A stretch of 64,000 bases of DNA from Chrysomallon squamiferum (taxonomy: Eukaryota > Animalia > Mollusca), in assembly GCA_012295275.1 (NCBI GenBank), contig CM022671.1:10726001-10790000 (forward strand), written 5' to 3'. Shown here piece after piece: positions 1-15,514 of the stretch. How positions within the stretch are numbered: position 1 is the stretch's first letter; every line of letters starts with the position of its first letter. A program made the translations under genes and the position numbers. The notes under the pieces are model-generated. The model was not told the origin of the DNA. It worked only from the letters and a program-made list of their open reading frames with translations, and searched no databases.

Positions 1-1049
1 GATTGTTTCATAATAACTCTTTACAACAAGAGCAAAGAACAAACCATGGCCTTTGATGAAACAAACAAGGGTCACTGGCTGGAATGGGGAAATACCAAAT
101 GTTTATACCCATGTGCAAGAAGCAGCAAAGGATAAATATCTATTAGTTCTAATAAAATATAAAAATGATGAAATCAAATAAGAGGAAATCAGAAAATAGT
201 TTCAGTCTTGGGGCAAAATAACCCTAGAAAAAGCATCTGTTTTCCTTGCTACATGTCAAATTTTCTACTTCTTAATTCTAGCAATCAAGAAGAAAGAGAC
301 AAAATGTTCTCAAAGAAAACTGAAGCAGTTTAACTTAATACTCTAAAGTTGTTGTTTTCTGAATGAAAACAAACCAACCTCATTTTTTTCATAAAGATTC
401 ACTTATATTCTTTAAGATGTTTTTCAATATTGTTTCTATTGAAAAAGAGATCTTATCTTAGTATCATCTTGATGTCTAATGTAATGTCATTGTAATTTTT
501 TTATAAATGCAATACATGTGTGCGTTTTGTGTGTTTGTTTTTTTTTAAGTGTTACATTTTCTTTTCATGATAATTTTAAAAAGTAAAAAAAAAGTAAAAG
601 TAAATTTACACTACAAGGATTCTGTAAAAGAAATATTGGGAACAACAGAAGTTTTCTCCATTACTGGTTGTCACTTTTACTTGAATGTGCTTATGATACA
701 TAAGTGGATACTAATGTAACATTTTATGTGTTCATACAAATGTATAACACTTTAAAGACACTTTTACCTGAGATATTACAGATAATCTTAATGTAAACAT
801 GGAAGTGTGGAAAAAAATACCACATTGAAATAATTTTTGAAAAGAAAAATTAAAATATGCCACTACTGATTTAACTACTTTTTTTTTTTTTTTTCAAAAA
901 ACAAAAAGACAGCAATAAAATAACACAATACATTTATCTATTGTACTATATGTATATCTTATTTGATACTGATTTTCTTTTCTCTTTCAAAATTGAGGTC
1001 TATTAATCTTATAATGAAACTATAATTTTAAATATACATATAGTAATTC

Positions 1050-1206
1050 TAAATAAAATAATAATAATAATAACAGTAATAATAATAATAATAGCTCTAA
1101 TAATAATAGTACTAGTAGTAGTAGTAAATAAATAAATAAATTAAACTAAAATATTTTTAAATTCATAACAGTAAAAATAAAAAAAAAAAAAATAAAAATT
1201 AAATAA

Positions 1207-1270
<64 letters not shown>

Positions 1271-1610
1271 GTAGTAGTAAAAAAAAAATAAATAAATTAA
1301 AATAAAAAAAATTTTAAAATCAAAAAAAAGAAAAAAATTATAAATTTAAATTTAATAAAAATAATAATAATAATAATAAAAAAAAATAAATAAATAAATA
1401 AATAAATAAAAAAAAATAAATAAAAAAAAATTTTAAAAATATGAAATAAAATTAAAGATTTTTAAAATCAATGTCAGAGAAAAAAAAAAAAAAAAAAATA
1501 AATATTAGAATAAAAATTATAAATTTGAAAAAAAAAAAAAAAAAAAAAAAGTAAATACATTTTAAACCAATCAAAGTAAGCAAAAAAAAAAAAAAAATAA
1601 AAAAAAGTAT
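1050..1610. repeat. (TAA)n and poly-A low-complexity tract
   Basis: Pure (TAA)n at about 1209-1270 inside A-rich runs; parts look like noisy consensus. Confidence 0.9.
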
Positions 1611-2639
1611 TTAGAACTTTTTTAAACACAGCAATAAATGAAACTTCATTTGACTGATGAAAATACTAACATACTTGATACTAGGAATGCTAATTCTAAC
1701 ATTACAATAGCAATGTAGATAAAATACAGCAATTCAGAAATTATCTCGACTTACTAATAACTGTGGCTTGCTCATTATTGCTTTGTTCACTTCCGTTCAA
1801 GCTTCCTTTTATAATGTCTTTTTTTTTCTTCTTTTTTTTCTACTGTTTTCTATCTTTTCTTCCTTATTTTAATTTTTGATGTCCGTATTTTCACCATTTT
1901 CACAAATTTGAAGAAAGTTTCCCTCATAAATTCCTGTAATCAAAAAAATATATGTACATGTTACTATTCATGGTTAAAAAGTTAGCAATAATAAATCAAA
2001 AATTGTTTTAATTTGTGAAACAAACACAATTTTAAATATCAGTATATATTTATGGATGATGAGGGAAAAAGATATTGGAGGTTTTTCAGTTTATTTTGCT
2101 GTTGTTTATTTGTTTCTTTGTTTCTTTCTTTTTTCTTAATTGATGAGATTTATATAATTGTTATAAAAATTTAGATTTTCTTAAAGAAATATTTATAGAA
2201 CATAAGTTTTTTATGCAAAATGAAACTGTTTATACTATTTTACAAAGTGTACTATTTCAAGAAATAAAATATTTTTTTATTACTTACTGTTCATACAAGC
2301 CACAGTAAGTATATGCACATGTGTTGTTTGTGCATGTATTTTGTAGACAGCATCTGTTTTCTGCTTTGCTTGTGCTTTATATTCTTTTTGAAGCTTCATA
2401 ATCTGTAAAATAAAATTAAAATAAACAATAATAAATGATCATTAATTTTACAAATCTTTAATGTTCAAACAGTTTTCACATATTTTATCAATTCAAAAAA
2501 ATACTGTATTTTTATGAAAGAATTTAAAGCCATGTGCAGTTCTAAGCTTCAGTCAACAGTCTTGAATAATAACATTATGCACGACCGACTGACCAATAGG
2601 CATCAAACCGTATCTCAAAATTCCATTCAATCTGCTTTC

Positions 2640-3850
2640 CATTATATTTTTTCTGCATTTATTATCTGATTTTTTATTTTATTTTTTTTTGTCTGAGTTT
2701 TGGATAACATATCTGATTCAGGCTATTTGTTATGTATTTTGGGCTTGTTTATTTTTTATTTATTTATTTTTCTGTATTTTTGTGGCTTTTTTCTTTTTTT
2801 TTTCTTCTTTTGTTTCTTTTTTTTTAGTATCTGATTATTGTTGTTTGTTATTGTCTGTACACTGCATTTCAATATATGGGTTTTTTTTTTTTTATTTTGC
2901 TTTTGTGTGTTTACAATATATGATTCAGGTGTTTTTTCTGAGGAGGTGTTTTTTTTTTCAGTTATGTTTTCCTTTTAGTATCTTTCAAAAAATATGTTTA
3001 ACTGTATCTGATCCAGGCATTTTTTTTATTTTTTATTTATTATTTTTGCTTCATAAATGATCTGGCATCAGTACTACCTACTATTTAATAAAGCTGAACC
3101 AAAAAAAAAAAAAAATAATAATAATTATAATGGAAAGAATATATACTAAAAGACTGTTTATTGTTGTTGGTTTTTGTTGTTTTGTTTTATTTCTAAATCT
3201 TGCAAATTTTGGAAAGCCAAAAATATTATGTGCATCAAAGACATGTAAATTAGATAAACTGAAATTTATTAATTATTTATATTTACCAACAGCATCTGCT
3301 CATCACAATTTAATTTCATTATGCTTATTCAGTAACTATATAAAATACTTAATTTTTGTTTTCTTTTTTTTTTTTTTGTTTGTTATTGTTTACACATTGG
3401 TTAACGGTGTCTATTTGACATTTTGTGATATTTTGGTGTTATTTTTTTTTTATTTCTTTTATTTCTTTATATTTTTTTTTTATTTTGTTAAAATTTATTA
3501 TTACTATGGATAATACAATCTCCTGCCAGATTTTTTTTTTACATTTTTTTTTTTTTTTTTTTTTTTTTTATATTTTTGCTCCCTTTTAGTATCTGATTCA
3601 GACCTATTGTTTTTTTTTTTTTTATTTTTTTTTTTTCTTTTTCTAATTGTCAAAAAACATTACATAACATGTGATTCAGGTTCTTTTTGTCTTTTTTTTT
3701 TTGGAGGAGTTTTTTTTTTTTTTTTTTTTTTTCTTTTATCTGTTGTTAATTTTTTTTTTTCTAAACACAGGATTATGGCATCTGATTCATGCTGTTATTT
3801 TCATATGAGGCTGATTATTTTGTTTTTTTTTTCATTTTAAATTTTTCTCT
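2640..3850. repeat. Degenerate minisatellite with TATCTGATTCAGG core and T-rich spacers
   Basis: Core variants recur near 2663, 2711, 2828, 2919, 3005, 3590, 3670 and 3780. The F/L-rich ORFs here are composition artefacts. Confidence 0.7.
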
Positions 3851-3879
3851 TTTTTTTATTTTTTCTTTTTTTTTTTTTC

Positions 3880-5154
3880 TTTTTTTCACATTGTGATATT
3901 GAGATAAATTGTAATTATGGTAATTTTGTTTTCAGTTAATTTGAATTATTTATAAACATTTTTCAATAGTTTCAAAAACATTACTAAATTATGATTTCTA
4001 TATTTTTTTGAAAATTTAACTCTATCTGATTTGAATGTATGGATTTGTCCTTCATATCTATTTCTTTTTTTTTTTTTCATCTTACTGGATTACTGCATCT
4101 AAATGCTTTTTTTTCATTTTTTTCAAAAAAAATGTTTTTTTTTTTTATTATTTTTTATTTGCTCTTTTTTTATTTCTTTTTTTGAAGACACCTATCAGTT
4201 AAAATGGTTTCTAATTTCTAATATGTGAAGTAAGGTCTGTTATGTTATTAACTTTTGTTACATTTTAGATTTTAATATTTTAGTGAGAAATATTTATCTT
4301 ACATACTTCTGTAATTTTCAAATTTCAATTTCTCTACACTATTTTCAAAATTTAATGTACTATAGAAAAGAATTGCTAAATAATAATAATAATAAAAATA
4401 AAATAGTAGTTTTTATTGATTATATTTTTTTTAACCTCTATACTCCTGAAAAACAAGATTAATTGAGGCTTTTAAACAAAAATTAATGTTACAGAATGGT
4501 TTTTTCTTTATTACTTAGTTTACATTATATTTCCAAAAAATCTGAAAAGATAAGTTAACTATGAGTTAAACAAAACTTTAAGAATGTGAATGATTTAATC
4601 AGAAATGTCTGAATAAATGTGTAACATTACAGCAATTGGAAACAATGCTCGGCTATTGGCAGAAACAGTGAATGATTCACAAAAAGAAAGTCATTTTAAA
4701 TGCAATTTAATTTGATTCTTATTTATTATTTTTTTTCATTGTTTTTAAAATTATATTCACTCCAAGAAAAAAAAATTTGACAAAGCAGGTAAAAGAAGAA
4801 ATTAACTAAATAAAATCAATGAATTTATAACAGATTTAGTTAATGGACAAGTCTGTTAGAGATTGAGCAGCTGATCTCTAACACGTCTGTGAAATTTGAG
4901 ATCATTACCAATATATCAATAATATCACGGGCAGTGCAATATTACTGATGTCATTATTTTATATTTTTAAATTTATAATATCCCTGCTTGTCATTTCTCC
5001 TTTCTGGTAGTGAAAATTAGGTGTTGTTTTTGAGATTATGATAGAATGTCATAGGATCTGATAAACTGTTATCATAATAAAACTTACTTGATCTATTATT
5101 TTCAATAGTTTCTTGAATTATATGTAAATAGAACAGTAGTTTCAAAGCAATGCT

Positions 5155-5188
<34 letters not shown>

Positions 5189-8100
5189 TCAGTCTGATTT
5201 GAATTTTTGCATTGTTTCCTTCATGCTGTATTTATTTTATTTTAAATCTTAATGACTGACTAAATTTTTATAATTTATTTATTTTTTTAATAATATATAT
5301 TTTATTATTTATTATTTTCTCTTTTTTAGTCAGTTTAGAAAACTAAAAACTTAAAAAATCCTTAATCATATATTAATATTGACACTTGATTAGAATGAAG
5401 AAATATTTAATCCTTTTTTTTATTACTTAGTTCATTTTGTGATATTGAGATTACAATAGAATGACTTAGTACCAGTTAGATAAATTGTATTTATGATAAT
5501 ACATGCTTTAACCATTGTTTTCAGTAGTTTCTTGAATTATCTATGAATATACCCTCTCATTCAAATTAATGCTAAGTGACTTTTATATTTTATTTGAAAA
5601 TTTTACTCAATCTGATTTGCATTTGTCGATTGTTTCCATCATAATATATATATATTTTTTTTTTAAATCTTACCTACTGCAGTTAAACTTTTATTATTTA
5701 TTCATTTTTAATAATATGATTTATTATTTATTATTTTATTTTTTTTCAGTTTAGAAGAGTATGCTTAACAACAAACCCTTGATACACAGATTAATATCAA
5801 CATTGAAATAGTCTGAAAAAATATTTAATCTTAATTCAACAATGAAATCAGTGCAATCATTTCACCAGTTCTTTTGATGAAAGAGAACTATGAGTTAAAA
5901 TGGTTTCTAATTTCCAATATCCGAAATAAGGTCTATTAATTTGTTGTTACATTTTAGCTTTTAATATCTTATCAGAAATATTTACCTTACTTACTAGTAG
6001 AATTTTTAGTTGACAATTTGTGTACAGTTTTCAAACTTTAAAGTACTACAGTTTGATTTGAATAAAACCAAAATGGCTAACAATAACAGCAATATTAATA
6101 ATAATAAAAATACAGTAGTTGAGCTGCTTATTATTTCTAAAGCTCTATACTCCTGAGAAATAAACTTAATTAAGAATGTTTAAAAAGAAATTAATGTTAC
6201 AGATTTTTGTTTTTATTACTTAGTTCACATCGTGATATTCAGGTAAATTGTAATTATGGTAATACATACATAAAGCATTGTTTTCAGTAGTTTCTTGAAT
6301 TATTTATAAATATACCGACAGTTTCGAATTAATGCTATGTAATTTTTATATTTTTCTTGAAAATTTAACTCAATCTGATTTGAATGTATGGATTATGTCC
6401 TTCATACTATTTTTTCTTTTAAATCTTACCTACGGCAGAAAACGTTTCATTTTCTCTTTTAGTCAGTTTAGAAAACTAAGCTTAACAAATTCTTGATGCA
6501 TATATTAATATCGACACTTGATTAGAATGAAGAAATATTTAATCCTTTTTTTATTACTTAATTCATATAGTGATATTGAGATTACAATAGAATGACTTAG
6601 TACCAGTTAGATAAATTGTATTTATGGTAATACATGCTTAAAGCATTGTATTCAGTAGTTTCTTCAATTATCTATGAATATACCCAGAGTTTCAAATTAA
6701 TGCAAAGTGATTTTTATATTTTCGTTGAAAATTTTACTCAATCTGATTTGCATTTGTGGATTGTTTCCATCATAATATATATATTTTTTTAAATCTTACC
6801 TACTGCAGTTAAACTTTTATTATTTATTCATTTTTAACAATATGATTTATTATTTATTATTTTCTATTTTAATCAGTTTAGAAGACTACGCTTAACAACA
6901 AACCCTTGATACACAGATTAATATCAACATTGAAATAGTCTGATGAAATATTTAATCTTACTTCAACAATGAAAAAATCAGTGCAATGATTTCAGCAGTT
7001 CTTTTGATGAAAGAGAACTATGAGTTAAAATGGTTTCTAATTTCTAATATCCGAAATAAGGTCTATTAATGTGTTGTTACATTTTAACTTTTAATATTTT
7101 ATCAGAAATATTTATCTTACTTACTTGTAGTATTTTTAGATGATTTTTTGTGTACAGCTTTCAAACTTTAAAGTACTACAGTTGATTTTTAAACCAAAAT
7201 GAAAAATTTTTTTTATAAAACAAAATGGCAAATAACAGCAATATTAATAATTAAAAAAACAGTAGTTCAGTTGTTAATAATTATTTCTAAATCTCTACTC
7301 CTGAAAAAATAAACTTAATTATGAATGTTTTTTAAAAAAAAATGTTACAGAATTTTTTTTTTTTTACTTATTCATTGTGATATTGACATTACAAAAAAGA
7401 ATGTCTTAGTACCAACCATTAGATAAATTGTTTTATGGTAATACAAACATAAACTATTGTTTTCAGTAATTCTTTTTTATTTATTTTGTATACCCACAGT
7501 TTCAAATTAATTGAATAATGATTTTTATATTTTTTGAAAATTTAAAATCAATTTCATTTTCTGTTTGAATGTATGGATTATGTCCTTCATAACAAATTTT
7601 TTTTTTTAAATCTTACCTACTGCAGCTAAACTTTTATTTTATTCATTTTTTTTTAATAATATGTTATATTTTATTATTTTTAGTACAAGCTTTTTTTATG
7701 TGAAAACATTTATCAAAAATGGTTTCAATAATTTCTTGAATTATCTATGAATATACCCAATTTATTTAAGTTTAAATTATTGTTTCTAAATCAATTTTAT
7801 TTAATTTTTTTAATCCTAAATTATTAAAAAACTTTTTAATTATTTTAAAAATTTTATTTTTTTTTATTTTTAAGATTTTTTATTAATTACATACTTTTTA
7901 AATTTATTTTCAATTTTCAATTTTAAATTATTTTCAATTTCTAAATTTGATTTTTTTTCTTTAATGTAAATTGAAAAAAATTTTAAATAATAAAAATAAA
8001 TCATAATTTTTTTTTTTTCTTTTATTATTATATTTTATAAAAAATTAATTTCTAATTTAAAAAAAAAAATTTATTGAGGCTTTTAAACAAAAATTTTAAT

Positions 8101-8891
8101 GTTACAAATTTTTTTTTTTTTCAATTTTTAGTTTTTCAAAATTTTATTTAGATTTCCAAAAATTTAAAATAAAATATAAATTAACTTTCTTGAGTTAAAC
8201 AAAACTTTAAGAATGTGAATGATTTAATCAAAAAAATCTGAATAAATGTGTAACATTACAGTTTTTGGAAACAATGCTAATTTTTTCCAAAATCTGAAAA
8301 GATTGGCAGAAAAAAACTTTAAGAATGATTCACAAAAAAATGTGTAAATTATTTCATTTTTTGGAAACAATGCTTTTTGCTATTGGCAGAAACAGTGAAT
8401 TTTCACAAAAGCAAAGTTTTTAAATGCAATTTTTTTTTTTTTTATTATTTTAATTCATTTTTTTTAAAAGTTATATTCACTCCAAGAAAAAGGAAATTTG
8501 ACAAAGCAGGTAAAAGAAGAAATTAACTAAATGAAATCAATCAATTTATAACAGATTTTAGTTAATGGACAAGTCTGTTAGAGATTGAGCAGCTGATCTC
8601 TAACACGTCTGTCAAATTTGAGATCATTACCAATATATCAATAATATCACGGGCAGTGCAATATTACTGATGTCATTATTTTATATTTTTAAATTTATAA
8701 TATCCCTGCTTGTCATTTCTCCTTTCTGGTAGTGAAAATTAGGTGTTGTTTTTGAGATTATGATAGAATGTCATAGGATCTGATAAACTGTTATCATAAT
8801 AAAACTTACTTGATCTATTATTTTCAATAGTTTCTTGAATTATATGTAAATAGAACAGTTTCAAATAGAACAGTAGTTTCAAAGCAATGCT

Positions 8892-8952
<61 letters not shown>

Positions 8953-11227
8953 AAAATGTAACTCAGTCTGATTTGAATTTTTGCATTGTTTCCTTCATGC
9001 TGTATTTATTTTATTTTAAATCTTAATGACGGACTAAATTTTTATAATTTATTTATTTTTAATAATATATATTTTATTATTTATTATTTTCTCTTTTAGT
9101 CAGTTTAGAAAACTAAGCTTAACAAATCCTTAATGCATATATTAATATAGACACTTGATTAGAATGAAGAAATATTTAATCCTTTTTTTATTACTTAGTT
9201 CATTTTGTGATATTGAGATTACAATAGAATGACTTAGTACCAGTTAGATAAATTGTATTTATGATAATACATGCTTTAACCATTGTTTTCAGTAGTTTCT
9301 TGAATTATCTATGAATATACCCTCTCATTCAAATTAATGCTAAGTGACTTTTATATTTTAGTTGAAAATTTTACTCAATCTGATTTGCATTTGTCGATTG
9401 TTTCCATCATAATATATATATTTTTTTAAATCTTACCTACTGCAGTTAAACTTTTATTATTTATTCATTTTTAACAATATGATTTATTATTTATTATTTT
9501 CTATTTTAATCAGTTTAGAAGAGTATGCTTAACAACAAACCCTTGATACACAGCTTAATATCAACATTGAAATAGTCTGAAAAAATATTTAATCTTAATT
9601 CAACAATGAAATCAGTGCAATCATTCCACCAGTTCTTTTGATGAAAGAGAACTATGAGTTAAAATGGTTTCTAATTTCCAATATCCGAAATAAGGTCTAT
9701 TAATTTGTTCTTACATTTTAGCTTTTAATATCTTATCAGAAATATTTACCTTACTTCCTAGTAGAATTTTTAGTTGACAATTTGTGTACAGTTTTCAAAC
9801 TTTAAAGTACTACAGTTTGATTTGAATAAAACAAAAATGGCTAACAATAACAGCAATATTAATAATAATAAAAATACAGTAGTTGAGCTGCTTATTATTT
9901 CTAAAGCTCTATAGTCCTGAGAAATAAACTTAATTAAGAATGTTTAAAAAAAAAAATTAATGTTACAGATTTTGTTTTTTATTACTTACTTCACATTGTG
10001 ATATTGAGATAAATTGTAATTATGGTAATACATACTTAAACCATTGTTTTCAGTAGTTTCTTGAATTATTTATAAACATACCAATAGTTTCAAATTAATG
10101 CTAAGTGATTTTTACATTTTCGTTGAAAATTTTACTCAATCTGATTTGCATTTGTGGATTGTTTCCATCATAATATATATATTTTTTTAAATCTTACCTA
10201 CTGCCGTTAAACTTTTATTATTTATTCATTTTTAACAATATGATTTATTATATATTATTTTCTAATTTAATCAGTTTAGAAGACTACGCTTAACAACAAA
10301 CCCTTGATACACAGATTAATATCAACATTGAAATAGTCTGATGAAATATTTAATCTTACTTCAACAATGAAATCAGTGCAATAATTTCAGCAGTTCTTTT
10401 GATGAAAGAGAACTATGAGTTAAAATGGTTCCTAATTTCTAATATCCAAAATAAGGTCTATTAATTTGTTCTTACATTTTAGCTTTTAATATCTTATCAG
10501 AAATATTTACCTTACTTACTAGTAGAATTTTTAGTTGACAATTTGTGTACAGTTTTCAAACTTTAAAGTACTACAGTTTGATTTGAATAAAACCAAAATG
10601 GCTAACAATAACAGCAATATTAATAATAATAAAAATACAGTAGTTGAGCTGCTTATTATTTCTAAAGCTCTAGACTCCTGAGAAATAAACTTAATTAAGA
10701 ATGTTTAAAAAAAAAAAAAAATGTTACAGATTTTTACAGATTTTGTTTTATTCACATTGTGATATTGAGATAAATTGTAATTATGGTAATACATACTTAA
10801 ACCATTGTTTTCAGTAGTTTCTTGAATTATTTATAAACATACCAATAGTTTCAAATTATTGCTGATTTTTATATTTTTGTTGAAAATTTAACTCAATCTG
10901 ATTTGAATGTATGGATTATGTCCTTCATACTATTTTTTCTTTTAAATCTTACCTACGGCAGTTAACCTTTCATTTTCTCTTTTAGACAGTTTAGAAAACT
11001 AAGCTTAACAAATTCTTGATGCATATATTAATATCGACACTTGATTAGAATGAAGAAATATTTAATCCTTTTTTTATTACTTAATTCATATAGTGATATT
11101 GAGATTACAATAGAATGACTTAGTACCAGTTAGATAAATTGTATTTATGGTAATACATGCTTAAACCATTGTTTTCAGTAGTTTCTTGAATTATATGTAA
11201 ATAGAACAGTAGTTTCAAAGGAATGCT

Positions 11228-11261
<34 letters not shown>

Positions 11262-13361
11262 CAAAATGTAGCTCAATCTGATTTGAATGTTTGCATTAAT
11301 CCTTCATTCTGTATTTATTTTATTTTAAATCTTAATTCTTGAATTATTTTTTTTAACTTTAAATTTTTTCTAATTTATTTATTTTTTTTTAATATTTTTT
11401 TTTTAATAATTTATTTTTATTATTTATTATTTTCTCTTTTTTTTTCTTTTAGTCAGTTTAGAAAACTAAGCTAAACAAATCCTTGATGCATATATTAATA
11501 TAGAAACTTGATTAGACTGAAGAAATATTTAATCCTTTTTTTATTACTTAGTTCATATTGTGATATTGAGATTACAATAGAATGACTTAGTACCAGTTAG
11601 ATAAATTGTATTTATGGTAATACATGCTTAAACCATTGTTTTCAGTAGTTTCTTGAATTATATGTAAATAGAACAGTAGTTTCAAAGGAATGCTAATTTT
11701 TTTTTTTTTTTTTTTTTTTTTTGTTATTTTCAAAATGTAGCTCAATCTGATTTGAATGTTTGCATTAATCCTTCATTCTGTATTTATTTTATTTTAAATC
11801 TTAATGACCGACTAAATTTTTCTAATTTATTTATTTTTATAATATATATTTTATTATTTATTATTTTCTCTTTTAGTCAGTTTAGAAAACTAAGCTAAAC
11901 AAATCCTTGATGCATATATTAATATAGAAACTTGATTAGACTGAAGAAATATTTAATCCTTTTTTTATTACTTAGTTCATATTGTGATATTGAGATTACA
12001 ATAGAATGACTTAGTACCAGTTAGATAAATTGTATTTATGGTAATACATGCTTAAACCATTGTTTTCAGTAGTTTCTTGAATTATCTATGAATATACCCT
12101 CTCATTCAAATTAATGCTAAGTGATTTTTATATTTTAGTTGAAAATTTTACTCAATCTGATTTGCATTTGTGGATTGTTTCCATCATAATATATATATTT
12201 TTTTAAATCTTACCTACTGCAGTTAAACTTTTATTATTTATTCATTTTTAATAATAAGATTTATTATTTATTATTTTCTATTTTAATCAGTTTAGAAGAC
12301 TACGCTTAACAACAAACCCTTGATACACAGATTAATATCAACATTGAAATAGTCTGAAGAAATATTTAATCTTACTTCAACAATGAAATCAGTGCAATCA
12401 TTTCAGCAGTTCTTTTCATGAAAGAGAACTATGAGTTAAAATGGTTTCTAATTTCTAATATCCGAAATAAGGTCTATTAATTTGTTGTTACCTTTTAGAT
12501 TTTAATCTTACATACTTCGGTAATTTTCAATTTTCAATTTCTCTACACTATTTTCAAAATTTAATGTACTATAGAAAAGAATTGCTAAATAATAATAATA
12601 ATAAAAATATAGTAGTTCACTTGATTATATTTTCTTAAGCTGTATACTCCTGAAAAACAAGATTAATTGAGGCTTTTAAACAAAAATTAATGTTACAGAA
12701 TGGTTTTTTTCTTTATTGCTTAGTTTACATTATATTTCCAAAACATCTGAAAAGATAAGTTAACTATGAGTTAAACAAAACTTTAAGAATGTGAATGATT
12801 TAATGAGAAATGTCTGAATAAATGTGTAACATTACAGCAATTGGAAACAATGCTCGGCTATTGGCAGAAACAGTGAATGATTCACAAAAAGCAAAGTCAT
12901 TTTAAATGCAATTTAATTTGATTCTTATTTATTATTTTAATTCATTATTTTTAAAAGTTATATTCACTCCAAGAAAAAGGAAATTTGACAAAGCAGGTAA
13001 AAGAAGAAATTAACTAAATGAAATCAATCAATTTATAACAGATTTAGTTAATGGACAAGTCTGTTAGAGATTGAGCAGCTGATCTCTAACACGTCTGTCA
13101 AATTTGAGATCATTACCAATATATCAATAATATCACGGGCAGTGCAATATTACTGATGTCATTATTTTATATTTTTAAATTTATAATATCCCTGCTTGTC
13201 ATTTCTCCTTTCTGGTAGTGAAAATTAGGTGTTGTTTTTGAGATTATGATAGAATGTCATAGGATCTGATAACCTGTAATCATAATAAAACTTACTTGAT
13301 CTATTATTTTCAGTAGTTTCTTGAATTATATGTAAATAGAACAGTAATTTCAAAGCAATGC

Positions 13362-13407
<46 letters not shown>

Positions 13408-14671
13408 TCAGTCTCAGTCTGATTTGAATTTTTGCATTGTTTCCTTCATGCTGTATTTATTTTATTTTAAATCTTAATGACTGACTAAATTTTTATAATT
13501 TATTTATTTTTAATAATATATATTTTATTATTTATTATTTTCTCTTTTAGTCAGTTTAGAAAACTAAGCTTAACAAATCCTTGATGCATATATTAATATC
13601 GACACTTGATTAGACTGAAGAAATATTTAATCCTTTTTTAATCACTTAATTCATATAGTGATATTGAGATTACAATAGAATGACTTAGTACCAGTTAGAT
13701 AAATTGTATTTATGATAATACATGCTTTAACCATTGTTTTCAGTAGTTTCTTGAATTATCTATGAATATTCCCTCTCAATCAAATTAATGCTAAGTGATT
13801 TTTATATTTTATTTGAAAATTTTACTCAATCTGATTTGCATTTGTCGATTGTTTCCATCATAATATATATATATATTTTTTAAATCTTACCTACTGCAGT
13901 TAAACTTTTATTATTTATTCATTTTTAACAATATGATTTATTATTTATTATTTTCTATTTTAATCAGTTTAGAAGACTAAGCTTAAGAACAAATCCTTGA
14001 TGCACAGATTAATATCAACATTGAAATAGTCTGAAGAAATATTTAATCTTAGTTTGACAATGAAATCAGTGCCATAATTTTAGCAGCTATTTTGATTAAA
14101 AAGAACTATCAGTTAAAATGATTTGTAATTTCTTATATCCTAAATAAGCTCTGTTATGTTGGTGATATTAACTTTTGTTACATTTTAGATTTTAATATTT
14201 TAGTCAGAAATATAGATCTTTCATACTTCTATAATTTTTAATTATCAATTTCTGTACACCGTTTTCAAAACTGAAGGTACTACTGTTTCATTTGAATAAA
14301 ACCAAAATGGCTACGACAATAACAACAATATTAATAATAATGAAAATATAGTAGTTCAGTTTATTATAATTTCTCAAGGACTATACTTCTGAAAAATAAA
14401 CTTAATTATGACGGTTTTGAACAAAAATTAATGTTACAGAATTATTTTTTTTATTACTTAGTTCACACTATCCTATTTAGATTACAATAGAATGTCTTAA
14501 TATGAGTTTGATAAATTGTAATTATGGTAATACAACTTAAACTATTGTTTTCAGAAGTTTCTTCAATTATTTATAAATATACCCATAGTTTCATGTTAAT
14601 TCCAATTGACTTTTATATTTTTGTTGAAAATTTAACTGTTTGATTTGAATGTATGGATTGTTTCCTTCATA

Positions 14672-14702
<31 letters not shown>

Positions 14703-15115
14703 CTTACCTACTGCACCTAAACTTTTATAATTTATTCATTTTTAATAATATGTTTTATTATTTATTATTTTCTCTTTTGTTCAGTTTAGAAGACTAAGCT
14801 TAACAACAAACACTTGATGTACAGGTTAATATCAACAGTGAATTAGTTTCAAGAAATGTTTAATCTTACTTCAACAATGAAATCAGTCAATAATTTCTTC
14901 AGCCCTTTTGAGTAAAAACTAAACTGCTATAACAACAACAATAATAATAATAATGATACAGTAGTTAAAAAAATAAACTTAATTTTCAGATTATGATAGA
15001 ATGTCGTAGTATCAGTTTAATTATGTATTATTATAAATACAAGTTATTAATCTATTATTTTCAGTAATTTCTTAAATTATATAAAAATCTGACTAATTTT
15101 AAAGCAATGCTAACT
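3880..15115. repeat. Compound higher-order tandem array of AT-rich modules
   Basis: Module X (cactccaagaaaa...gagcagctgatctctaacacgtctg) at ~4758, 8478, 12965. Module Y (gattacaatagaatgacttagtaccagttag) at ~5450, 6580, 9218, 11103, 11571, 11995, 13670. Module Z (caatgaaatcagtgc) at ~5840, 6967, 9604, 10366, 12381, 14058. Confidence 0.95.
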
Positions 15116-15149
15116 TTTTTCTTCTTATTATTATTGTTGTTTGCTTCCT

Positions 15150-15510
15150 TTTTGTATCTGATTATTGTTTTTGTTGTCTACATGTTGGATTACAATGTAT
15201 CTGATTCAGGCTGTTCATTGTTATGTTTTGGAAGTTTGTTTTTTCATTCTATCTACATATCTGATAACAGTTCAGATTCTTATTTCAGTTATAGACAGGA
15301 TTTTCAGTATTTGTTACATATTTTGTTAAATCACCTATAAACTACAGCTCATTATTTTGTTAGATTGTAACAATTTGCTAGGTTTTGTATAAATTTTACA
15401 ATTTGTGGCAATGTCTGATTTAGATTGATTGTTTCAGCAGATAGGATTCATATAGTTTTGTGGGGAATTATTTACACATGAACTCTTGATAACAATATCT
15501 AATTCAGGTG
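15150..15510. repeat. Second patch of the TATCTGATTCAGG minisatellite
   Basis: gtatctgatt, tgtatctgattcaggc, atatctgata, atgtctgatttag and tatctaattcagg at irregular spacing. Confidence 0.6.
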
Positions 15511-15514
15511 GTAT

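Noticed and set aside
2288-2402. IMKLQKEYKAQAKQKTDAV as an NAE1/APPBP1-like exon
   Set aside because: Short weak resemblance only; the neighbouring exon-like piece does not continue it in frame.
2689-3840. Hydrophobic F/L/Y-rich ORFs (also 5569, 15107, 25812, 31864, 42216, 43049) as membrane proteins
   Set aside because: Products of T-rich low-complexity sequence with no family motifs.
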